From NCBI GenBank assembly GCA_965207595.1, contig CBDBMW010000009.1, positions 76,710-140,709 of the forward strand: a stretch of DNA of 64,000 nt, given 5' to 3'. The notes under the pieces were generated by a model that searched no databases, had not been told where the DNA came from, and saw only the letters and a list, made by a program, of their open reading frames with translations. Shown here one piece after another: positions 36,149 through 47,832 of the stretch. The stretch comes from Vicinamibacterales bacterium. GTDB taxonomy: Bacteria > Acidobacteriota > Vicinamibacteria > Vicinamibacterales > UBA8438. Numbering within the stretch: the stretch's first letter is position 1; each line of letters opens with the position of its first letter. The position numbers and the translations under genes were made by a program.

Positions 36149-38602
36149 CTACTCCACGCGCAGGGCGTGCATGGGATCGATGCGCGCCGCGCGACGCGCC
36201 GGCAACCAGCTCGCCAGGAGGCACACCCCGACCAGAATCGCCGAGACGCCCAGGAAGACGGCCGGGTCGAGCGGACTGGTCTCGAACAGCAGCGCCTGCA
36301 GGCGCCGGGTCAGCGCCACCGCGGCACCGATGCCCAGGGCGGCTCCGACTACGGCCAGCCCGCCCGCCTCGGTCAGCACGAGCCGGCCGACGTCGGCCGC
36401 CCGGGCCCCGACCGCCATGCGGATGGCGATCTCCCGCCGGCGCTGCGCCACGGTGTAGGAGACGACCCCGTAGAGGCCGACCGAGCCGAGGAGCAGCGCG
36501 AGCCCGGCCGCGATGACGAGCAGCACCATGACGAACGCCCGCTCTGCGCGCGCCCGGCCGACGAGCGTCTCCAGCGTCTCCACGTCGGCGATCGGCAGCG
36601 TCGGGTCGAGCCCGCGCACCGCCTCCCGCACCGCCGCGCCGAGACCGGCGGCGCTCCGGGCCCGCACGGCGTAGCGCATCGTGGCGGGGGCGCCCGCGTC
36701 GCCCGCGGTCCCGGGCAGCGGGTAGTAGACCATCGGGAGCGGGTCCTCGTGCAGCGTCGTCTCGTGCACGTCGCCGACGACGCCGACGATGCGGGACCAT
36801 TCCTGATCCTCACCCTCCGGCGGGCCTCCCGCCCGGATGCCCTTGCCCAGCGCGCTCTCCCCCGGCCAGTAGGCGTTCGCCACGGCTTGCGACACGACGA
36901 CCACCGAGTCTCCGCGCTCGCCGTCCAGGGGATCGAAGCGCCGCCCCTCCGCGAGCTCGATGCGCAGCGTGTCGAAGTACTCCGGCGAGACGGTCTTCGA
37001 CATGAACACCGGCGGCACCTCGCCGTCGTCCAGGGGACGCCCCTCGATGCTGTAGCCCGAGCCGGACACCGCGCCGCCCAGGGGGACGGTGGAGACCGCC
37101 GCCGCGTCGCTGGCGCCCGGCAGCGCACGCAGGCGCTCGACCAGTTGCCGGTGGAATCCGAGACGTGCGTCGGCGCCGTAGTCGCGCTCGGGCAGCGCCA
37201 GCCCGAACGTCAGCACGTCGACGGGATCGAACCCGGGGTCGACCGCGGCCAGCCGCCCGAACGAGCGCACGGCCAGGCCGGAGCCGACCAGCAGGGTCAG
37301 GGCGAGCGCGATCTGGACCACCACCAGGCCGCGGCGGGCGAGCTGCCGTTCCCGGCCCGCGCTCGCGCCCCGCGCGCCGGCCGTCATGTGGCCGGCGGCC
37401 CCGGCGGCGCTCGCGCGCAAGGCCGGCAGAACGCCGAAGAGGAGTCCCGCCACGATCGACACCACGAGGCCGAACGCCAGGACCGCGGCATCGGCGGAGA
37501 TCTCGTCGAGGCGCGGCAGGGCCTGCGGGCCGAAACGGACGACCAGCCGCACGGCCAGGAGCGCGAGCGGGAGCGCGGCGATTCCCCCGGCCACGCCGAG
37601 GACGACGCTCTCGACGAGGGCCGACCCCGCCAGCCGGCCCCGGCTGGATCCCAGGGCGGCGCGGATCGCCGCCTCGCCGCGGCGGGCCTCGGAACGGACC
37701 AGCAGCAGGTTGGCGACGTTGGCGCACGCGATGAGCAGCAGGAAGCCCACCGCGCCGAGCAGGATCCAGAGGGTCGGCTCGATGTCGCCGACGACGACCT
37801 CGCGGGCGCGATCGACGAGCGGGCGGAAGCCGGCCGCGGCAAGGACCTGCGCCGCCGCCTCGTCGGGGAAGACCTCGGCCAGGTTGGAGAGCAGCGTGGC
37901 GAGCTCGGACTGCGCCTGCTCCAGCGTCGCCCCGTCCGCGAGGCGCGCCACGCCGGCAATTCCGAAGGCGCCGAGCTGCGTGTCGTCCCGATCGAGCTGC
38001 AGCGGGCGCCACAGCTCCGCCTCCGGCTGCGAGAAGGAGAACCCCGGCGGCATCACCCCGACCACCTCGACGCGGGTTCCATCGATGTCCGCCATGCGCC
38101 CGATGACGCCCGGGTCGCCGCCGTAGCGGGCGTGCCACAGGCCGTCGCTCAGCACGATGACGGGCGCGGCCCCCGGCCGGTCGTCCTCCGGCGTGAACGT
38201 CCGCCCGAGTTGGGGCGGGGTCCGCATCACCTCGAAGAACGACGCAGTGACGGCGGCCGCCTGGACTCGTTGCGGGTCGTCCGCCCCGGTGAAGCTCGCC
38301 TGCAGGGGCTGGTACGCCGCCACGCCCTCCAGCGTCCGGCTCTCGGCGGCATAGAGGAAGTAGAGCGCGTCCGACAGGGGCAGCTCGTCGAGCTCCGTCA
38401 GGCCCGGGGCCGCGTGGCGCAACAGCACCAGCCGCTCGGAGTCGGGCATCGGAAGCGGCCGCAGGAGCACCCCGTTCACGACGGTGAAGATGGCGACGTT
38501 GGCGCCGATCCCGATCGCCAGCGTCGCCAGCGAGACCAACGTGAAGCCGGGGCTGCCAACGGCGCGGCGCCAGAGGAGACGAAGCTGCAGCGAGAGCGAC
38601 AT
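36149..38602 (-). CDS. ADOP-family duplicated orphan permease (MacB-like periplasmic domain + FtsX, twice)
   Basis: N-terminal RLLWRRAVGSPGFTLVSLATLAIGIGANVAIFTVVNGVLLRPLP and C-terminal WLPARRAARIDPMHALRVE are the signature ADOP termini. Confidence 0.9.
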   Translation of the reverse strand: MSLSLQLRLLWRRAVGSPGFTLVSLATLAIGIGANVAIFTVVNGVLLRPLPMPDSERLVLLRHAAPGLTELDELPLSDALYFLYAAESRTLEGVAAYQPLQASFTGADDPQRVQAAAVTASFFEVMRTPPQLGRTFTPEDDRPGAAPVIVLSDGLWHARYGGDPGVIGRMADIDGTRVEVVGVMPPGFSFSQPEAELWRPLQLDRDDTQLGAFGIAGVARLADGATLEQAQSELATLLSNLAEVFPDEAAAQVLAAAGFRPLVDRAREVVVGDIEPTLWILLGAVGFLLLIACANVANLLLVRSEARRGEAAIRAALGSSRGRLAGSALVESVVLGVAGGIAALPLALLAVRLVVRFGPQALPRLDEISADAAVLAFGLVVSIVAGLLFGVLPALRASAAGAAGHMTAGARGASAGRERQLARRGLVVVQIALALTLLVGSGLAVRSFGRLAAVDPGFDPVDVLTFGLALPERDYGADARLGFHRQLVERLRALPGASDAAAVSTVPLGGAVSGSGYSIEGRPLDDGEVPPVFMSKTVSPEYFDTLRIELAEGRRFDPLDGERGDSVVVVSQAVANAYWPGESALGKGIRAGGPPEGEDQEWSRIVGVVGDVHETTLHEDPLPMVYYPLPGTAGDAGAPATMRYAVRARSAAGLGAAVREAVRGLDPTLPIADVETLETLVGRARAERAFVMVLLVIAAGLALLLGSVGLYGVVSYTVAQRRREIAIRMAVGARAADVGRLVLTEAGGLAVVGAALGIGAAVALTRRLQALLFETSPLDPAVFLGVSAILVGVCLLASWLPARRAARIDPMHALRVE

Positions 38603-38776
38603 GTCCCTTTGCCTACACGGCCCGCCGAGCCGCGGGGCGAGCAGATTGGCGATGGTCCCTGCTGTCGAGGCCGTACGAGGGCCCGGCGCCGACGCTGGGC
38701 CCGCCCGCCAACTGGGCGCCGGTCTGCAGGATGTCGCCGTCGGACATACGAGGAAGATGGTCCACGCGTCGTGCCG

Positions 38777-39250
38777 TCATCGTCCGGGTCGCAGGGCGGA
38801 GAGAAAACGCTCGAGGTCCCGCGCGAACGCGTTCCGGACGCCGCCGACGCCGGCCGCGAGAGCGGCAATCCTGACCGAATCCAGATCCGTGCCGTATGCG
38901 TGGCGAAACAGATGCCGGAATCGCCGCAACTCGTCGAGGTCGCGAGCGGTCGTCTCGGACAGCAGCGCCGGGCGGATGCCCCGAATGTCGAGTTGCATCC
39001 GCCGAATCAGGTCGGCGTGATAGCGCGCGTCGTCGACGCGGTTCTCGAAGAAGCGCGCGACCTCCTCGAAGAGCTGTTCGAACGCGCCGTAGAGATTGTG
39101 GAGCTGGTACCCCATGCTGTCGATTGCCTCTGCGCCGCGGACCTCTGCCGCCCGGCGTTCCTCGATGCGATCGCCGACGCGGTCGATGTCCCGGCGCCGC
39201 GCCTGCAGAGCGGCTTCGAGAAGCGCGAACGCTCCCTCCTCCATTCTCAT
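38777..39250 (-). CDS. hepT: HepT-like HEPN ribonuclease toxin (type VII TA)
   Basis: ATG 39250 overlaps the upstream MNT stop (ATGA). The peptide RRFRHLFRHAYG contains the HEPN motif Rx4HxY. Confidence 0.7.
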   Translation of the reverse strand: MRMEEGAFALLEAALQARRRDIDRVGDRIEERRAAEVRGAEAIDSMGYQLHNLYGAFEQLFEEVARFFENRVDDARYHADLIRRMQLDIRGIRPALLSETTARDLDELRRFRHLFRHAYGTDLDSVRIAALAAGVGGVRNAFARDLERFLSALRPGR

Positions 39251-39594
39251 CCGTAGATCTTGATTCCAGCCCGGACACACGCTTCCGGGAACGGGTGCCG
39301 GTCGAGGTCGATCACGTCCACCGCGCGCCCGGTCACCTTCTCGAGTGCCTTCATTACCTGGAGCACCTCGTGCGAGCTCCCCCCCACAGCCACGTCGACG
39401 TCCGACGCCTCGCGCCACAGCTCGGGTGAGCGGAGCGATCCGATGACGTACGCGGTGCGGACGCCGAGCCGTTCCCGAAGCCCGAACAGGGCGCTCCGCA
39501 CCTTCGACAGCACGGCCGCCTGCTCGACCCCCAGGCGCCGTCGGCGCGCGCGCATCGCGCTATCGCGGACGCTGGTGTCGAAAGGGGTTCGCAT
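39247..39594 (-). CDS. mntA: MNT-type minimal nucleotidyltransferase antitoxin
   Basis: GSLRSPELWREASDVDVAV matches the pol-beta pattern GS-x10-DxD. It is coupled to hepT. Confidence 0.8.
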   Translation of the reverse strand: MRTPFDTSVRDSAMRARRRRLGVEQAAVLSKVRSALFGLRERLGVRTAYVIGSLRSPELWREASDVDVAVGGSSHEVLQVMKALEKVTGRAVDVIDLDRHPFPEACVRAGIKIYG

Positions 39595-39612
39595 GCGTCC
39601 GAGCCACCTCCA

Positions 39613-39954
39613 TCACAAGTCGCGAAACACCGGATCGAGCGCGAGCTGAACGCGAATGGCCTCCTCGACGCGCCGCATGTCCTGCGCGGCGATTCGTCCC
39701 ATCCGCTGCGTCAGGCGGCGCTTGCTCGCCGTGGTCAACTGGTCGGCCAGGGCCTTGCGCCGAGAACCCCGAAGCATGACGAGCGCCTCGCTGGGGAACA
39801 CCCGGTCGGCGGAACTGGTCAGAGGAACGACCTGCACCCGGTTCAGGTGCCGGTTGGATTCGTCGTTGCTCACGACCACGGCCGGGCGCCTCTTGCGAAT
39901 CTCACCGCCGACCGAGGGGTCGAAGCTCACCCACCACACGTCACCGCGTCTCAT
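39613..39954 (-). CDS. mazF: MazF/PemK-family endoribonuclease toxin
   Basis: MRRGDVWWVSFDPSVGGEIRKRRPAVVVSND...VVPLTS. Confidence 0.9.
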   Translation of the reverse strand: MRRGDVWWVSFDPSVGGEIRKRRPAVVVSNDESNRHLNRVQVVPLTSSADRVFPSEALVMLRGSRRKALADQLTTASKRRLTQRMGRIAAQDMRRVEEAIRVQLALDPVFRDL

Positions 39955-40171
39955 CGCCGACGTCCCCGATCATCGCGTCCGCCCACTCCACGGCGTCCGC
40001 CTCGCGCTGCTCTTCGGCAGCCATCTGCCGGTACGCCGAGTCGAGGTGTCCTCGGAGCACGTGGGGTCGCACCAGCCTCTCTATGAACTGACTGATCCGG
40101 CCGCGACCCACGACGTCGTGAAGGCGCTCGTACACTTCCGCGTCGATCGTGATGGTGAGCTTCCTCTGCAC
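39941..40171 (-). CDS. Ribbon-helix-helix antitoxin partnered with MazF
   Basis: (V)QRKLTITIDAEVYERLHDVVGRGRISQFIERLVR. It overlaps the mazF start by 14 nt. GTG at 40171 is preferred; the ORF track extends to 40237. Confidence 0.65.
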   Translation of the reverse strand: MQRKLTITIDAEVYERLHDVVGRGRISQFIERLVRPHVLRGHLDSAYRQMAAEEQREADAVEWADAMIGDVGDETR

Positions 40172-40172
40172 A

Positions 40173-40194
40173 GTTACACGTATGTTACACGTAT
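40173..40194 (-). promoter_or_regulatory. Tandem 11-nt direct repeat GTTACACGTAT x2 (plus strand) abutting the antitoxin start; putative TA operator
   Basis: Read directly from the sequence. It sits in a locally AT-rich patch, and each unit contains an ACGT core. Confidence 0.35.
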
Positions 40195-40252
40195 TGACCG
40201 GCGACGCGGACGCCGGGCGTCTCACCACCTCGGACATCCCGAAGGCGGCAGT

Positions 40253-43564
<3,312 letters not shown>

Positions 43565-43600
43565 CCTGCCTCCTCGGTCCGTCCGACACAGAGATCCATC

Positions 43601-44366
43601 CTACGTGAAGAGCGGGCGCGGACCCCGCCCCCAGGCCGAAGCGAGCAAGTCCCGGCATCGTGCCACCAGTCGTTCGGCGTGCGCAGCCGCCGGAATGCAC
43701 GAAGTAGGCGCGTGAGGTCCCGCGTCGGTACCGCGCCGCGAACGCTCCGCACGCGCCCGCGAAGCGCCGGCGCAACTCGTCGAGGCGCGTGGCGATCTGT
43801 TCCTCGGCAGATTCGTTGCGGGCGATGTGCTGATAGATGACGAGGCTCTGCCCTCGACGCCAGCACGGAAGCAGGTCCTCGTAGAAGGCGTACTTCGGCC
43901 CCTCTCCTGAGAGGGGACCCTTGCTCGAGACCTCGAGGCCCGTATCGGGATCCGCGAACACGAGGTGGGCGTCCTTCACCGCGCGGAGCCCTGTCTCCAC
44001 CCAGTCGCGGCGGTTCGACGCTCTGGATGCTCGCTTCTGATACGGCTCGAAGACCAGCTTGTCGCGGAAGAACACGGTGTTCGCGGGAAGCGCTCCGCAC
44101 GCCTCCACGAAGGCAACCGACCGCGCGCCGCCGTGCACCACCGAGCGCATCTTCTCGAAGAGAGCGGGATCGCAACGACGAAACTCGTCGTTGAGCGGCG
44201 GATCGAGATAGTCGAGTTTCTCACCGTCGCCGGGCTTCGCATCCTCGGTCAGATACCAGAGCACTCCGAGACGGAACTCCGGCCCATGCGCGTCCCGGCG
44301 ACACAGCCGGCGCAGCAAGCCATACTTGCCGTAGTCTCCCACGTCCCCCGCGTAGCGATCCTGCAA
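43601..44366 (-). pseudogene. Operon gene 5: conserved-looking protein of unknown family, apparently frameshifted near 43695
   Basis: AGGAGGG-N4-TTG at 44366. Motifs [24 protein letters not shown] and [12 protein letters not shown]. After ...SRAYFVH the frame degenerates. The frame shifted by one nt reads [30 protein letters not shown] and stops at TAG 43601..43603. Confidence 0.5.
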
Positions 44367-44379
44367 CGGTCCCTCCTGC

Positions 44380-45102
44380 CTACCCGTCAGTGCACGTCTT
44401 GGCAAGGGGCGTCAACGGCATATCGCGCCCCTCCCGCTTCGCCCTCTGAGCCGTGAAGACCGCCATCTCCACGTCCCTCGCCCGCCATGCGCGTCCAGTG
44501 AGCTCGGTCAGCCTCCGCGCCGTGAACCGACACCAGCGGATCCACGATTCGACGAACGGCCAGTGACTCTCCATGACCTGCTCGCCCTGCAGGTCCGGGA
44601 TACACGCGAGCGCGGGGCCCCCGACGGCCGAGTAGTCGTGCGACGCACCGTTGTCCCAGGCCCATCGCGTAATCTGTGTGTCGACCATCGGGAAGCTCTC
44701 CGGGCACAGGAACGCCGGAAACGTGGCGGCGGTCGCCACTCGGGGAGTGTCGAACAACTTCGCCCGAAAGGCGCTGAACGACTGCCTCCGAGGATTCTCG
44801 ACGTACTCCATGCAAAGGGACCACACCTCGGCGACGGCAACGTCGTGAGCAAGCACTGCCCGCGTTGTGTTGTTGCGCGCTGGCGGCATCGTGTAGAGCT
44901 TCCAGAACACCACCTCGGCCCACGGTTCGAGACGACGACGCGCCTGCCGCCGGAACCGAGTCTCGAAGGCCATCGTCTGGATCGGATCGCCCCGATCGAT
45001 GTTCAGGTCGAACCAGCCGGCGTGGTCCGGAGCGCCGGAGAACTCCCGCAAGTCGACGGGATACCGGTATGCGTCGAGCGCCCTCGTCCAGGTGTGGGGC
45101 AC
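44380..45102 (-). CDS. Operon gene 4: hypothetical 240-aa protein, no family recognised
   Basis: GTG 45102 lies one nt after the upstream TGA. The ORF is intact: [21 protein letters not shown]...[21 protein letters not shown]...[19 protein letters not shown]. The sequence upstream of 45102 in the ORF-track ORF is out-of-frame ARH sequence. Confidence 0.55.
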   Translation of the reverse strand: MPHTWTRALDAYRYPVDLREFSGAPDHAGWFDLNIDRGDPIQTMAFETRFRRQARRRLEPWAEVVFWKLYTMPPARNNTTRAVLAHDVAVAEVWSLCMEYVENPRRQSFSAFRAKLFDTPRVATAATFPAFLCPESFPMVDTQITRWAWDNGASHDYSAVGGPALACIPDLQGEQVMESHWPFVESWIRWCRFTARRLTELTGRAWRARDVEMAVFTAQRAKREGRDMPLTPLAKTCTDG

Positions 45103-45103
45103 G

Positions 45104-46059
45104 TCATACCCTAACGGCTTTTGCGCGGCCCGCTTCCCCCCGCCGCCAGAAGCCGATCCCGTACGACTCGGCCCCCCTCCGGATCTCCGCGACCCGGCGC
45201 CACCGCGCAGGAATCGCCTCGAGCCCGAACCGGGCGCCGAGCAGCGCAGCCGCCGCCGCACCGTTCGTGTCCTGTCGCCGCCGGCTTCGGATGACGTCGC
45301 GCAGGCCCTGTTCGCAGATCTCCGCGCGCCAGCAGCGCGATCAGAGGCGTCGGGAGCGTGTAACCCTCGAGTCTCCATCGGCCAGTACATGCTCGATCTC
45401 GACCTCGGACGCCTCGCGCACCGCACTGCGGCCAGACCCGGTATGCGCGCGTCGTAGCCGAACCACCCCAGCCCCGGCAACGCCGCCTGCACGGCGTCCA
45501 CGGCGGTCTCGAGGAGTACGTCGAGCGGGAGGGATTCTCCGCGGAGCGCCGCCGCGGCGAGGTTCGCCAACGCCAGGACCAACCGCAACGCGGATCCCAA
45601 TGGGTCGCGGCGGCGCTGACGACGCCGTTCCGCGCGAGCGCTTCCGGCGTGCGATTCCGCCGACGCCGTCCGAGAGGCCTCCAGGATGCGAAGGCCCGCC
45701 GGCTCCCGTGCCTGCCCGCAGGCGCCGCGCGGCCAGGAGCTGCGGGGCGTCGCCGCCGTGGAGTTCAAGGACGTAGCCCGTCAGCCCCCCGCTGCCGACC
45801 CCATTCGCCTCCGCCCAATACCGCAGACGCCGGCCGAGATCGTCCACGTCGAGCGGACCCGCCTCCGCCGCCTCGGCGATCACGCTCGCCTGGGCCACGC
45901 CGCCATCATCCGGGTAGCCAGGGCGGGCCGCGTTCTCGCGGACACCGGATACGTCTCCGCGACTCGCCGCTTCGGCCATCCCTCCTGCACGATCCCGAGC
46001 AGATTGCCTGCCGTGATTCCGGCCATCAGGTCCCGGGCGCGGTCGCTGTCGCTTCTCGT
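45104..46059 (-). pseudogene. Operon gene 3: ADP-ribosylglycohydrolase-like gene broken by multiple frameshifts
   Basis: ARH-like peptides are scattered over all three minus frames: DSDRARDLMAGITAGNLLGIVQEG, ARPGYPDDGGVAQASVIAEA...LRYWAEANG, PEALARNGVVSAAATHWDP, LGSALRLVLALANLAAAALRGES, EGYTLPTPLIALL, EAGGD and DTNGAAAAALLGARFGLEAIPARW. There is no in-frame start. Confidence 0.6.
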
Positions 46060-46121
46060 ACCGGACGGGCCTCTGGGGAGGATGCCGCGAACTCGAGGAA
46101 TCTCCGAAGGTTCTCCCTTCG

Positions 46122-46784
46122 CTATTGCCGGATGTGGCCAAGTGACGCGACATCAGGCACTCCACCTGCCGTCTCGGGAACGCCCCGCTCGCTGGTCGGT
46201 TGCGCCGAAGCACACTCCCGCAACCTGTCGGCAAGTAACTCGACCCACCCGACCCTCTGCTCCGCCGATAGCGCGTCCACTTCGGCGACGTCCAGCCGGG
46301 CGCCGGTGATGTCGGCCACAACTGTCGCGTCGAAAGCCTGCCGCAGGTCCATCGAATACTGACCTTTGACCGAGGGCAATGGCAACAATCCGCCCACGCG
46401 GAAGCGAAACTGAATCGCCAGGTCCAGAAGTCGCCCGTACAGCAGGCTCGCGAAATCGCGAGACGAGCCGTCATATATCGTAATGTGCGGATGGAAGCCG
46501 AAGTCCCTCTTCAACCAGACTTCTCGGAGTTCCCTGGAATGGCATCCGATGAAGACCGTGTTCTGATCACCGTCAAAGAACGACCCCGCGCCGTCGGTCA
46601 CGATCTCCGTATCACGGATCTTTCGATCCAGGCCGCGGACATCGTACCTCTGACGGTACGGGCCTCTTATCGTGATGTGCGCTCTGCTTTTCTCATGCGG
46701 ATTCGCGATGAGCCGCATCGCGTCGAACGCGGCCTGAAGCCGCTGGTTACGGAAATAGACGACGTAGAATACCCGCTTCGACAT
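46122..46784 (-). CDS. Operon gene 2: 2H phosphoesterase superfamily protein (LigT / cyclic- or 2',5'-phosphodiesterase-like)
   Basis: Two HxTx motifs (RAHITIRGPY and FHPHITIYDG) at the spacing expected for the 2H fold. The 220-aa ORF is intact. Confidence 0.7.
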   Translation of the reverse strand: MSKRVFYVVYFRNQRLQAAFDAMRLIANPHEKSRAHITIRGPYRQRYDVRGLDRKIRDTEIVTDGAGSFFDGDQNTVFIGCHSRELREVWLKRDFGFHPHITIYDGSSRDFASLLYGRLLDLAIQFRFRVGGLLPLPSVKGQYSMDLRQAFDATVVADITGARLDVAEVDALSAEQRVGWVELLADRLRECASAQPTSERGVPETAGGVPDVASLGHIRQ

Positions 46785-46787
46785 CGC

Positions 46788-47775
46788 TCACACCACCAGG
46801 AACCTCATGGTGTCCGTCTCCGCCGTCACCTCACACAGGAGTCGGTATATTTGAGTACCAAACTCCCGCCCTCTGCGGAACGCGTCGTCTCTGGTTGCAG
46901 ATTCCGAAATCCAGCCGATTGCGTCCTCCTTCCCCCGAGCCGTCTCGTCGAGGAACCAGGCGTACGCCCTCTTGATCTCCTTCACCTGTTCTCCCGTTCC
47001 TGGTACCTCTTCGGCAACCCGGTCGAGACGAATCGAGCGGCGTGAGCCTAGCGATTCCCAACAACTCTTCAGGGCTCACGGAATCGCGATTGACCGAGAG
47101 CAGGACGACCGCGGAATGGCAAGTGAGCAATCGACTGAATCTAAGCTTCAGATTCTTAAGGTCCCTTCTGTGGCGGCCGTCAGGATCTTCCGCGGCGTGA
47201 TTCCGTCGGTACTCGTAGTTCAGGCACAGCGTGCGCCAGAACCGCATGATGTCGTTCGTCAGGAACAGAGGACGAAACGACGCCTCGTGGTTGGGATAGT
47301 CGCGCCAATAGCTGTCGATGATCTCCTTCAGAATCCCCTCGTAGAGGACGTCGTTGAACAAGGGCTGGCTCTCAAGCAGCAGTAGCAGGCGAGCCGTGAA
47401 GAAGTTCCTGAAGTCGTCGTCCGGTCCACCCATCGCCCCGCGGATGTCGTCGAGATAGTGGACCGTGAGGTACTCCCCGTCGTTCGAAAACTCTGGGAAC
47501 TGCAAGTCCTGTACAGCGCGAATCAGGTCGGCGTCCAGAAGTGTCTTCCGAATCCGCGGGATCGAGTTCGAGCTGGAGGATCCTCTGTGGACGAAGAACA
47601 GATCCAGATCGGAGTACTCCGACGCCTCCAGTCGACCAAAGGAGCCGGTAACGTAGATGCACAAGTCCGGAAAGACGTCTCCCTTGACGATGCCCTCGAC
47701 TCTGGAACGCACCTCCTCGAGCCGTCGCTTCGAGTAGTCGCGTCGCGACGAAAGTCGGTCGAGGGGATCACTCAC
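46788..47775 (-). pseudogene. Operon gene 1: pol-beta-fold nucleotidyltransferase with helical C-domain, one frameshift near 47035
   Basis: GTG 47775 with GGAG upstream. Motif GSFGRLEASEYSDLDLFF (G[SG]...DxD). After ...LGIARLTPL the sensible reading continues in ORF frame 46788..46985 (RLDRVAEEVPGTGEQVKEIKRAYAWFLDE...). Confidence 0.65.
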
Positions 47776-47832
47776 TCCAACGACTCCTGCACCGGATTCA
47801 CCCGCACCTTCAAGGAACGCCCGGTACGCTCT

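Noticed and set aside
44380-45768. 462-aa ORF as a single gene
   Set aside because: Only the C-terminal 240 codons (from GTG 45102) form a coherent protein. The upstream part is an alternative-frame reading of the decayed ARH-like gene.
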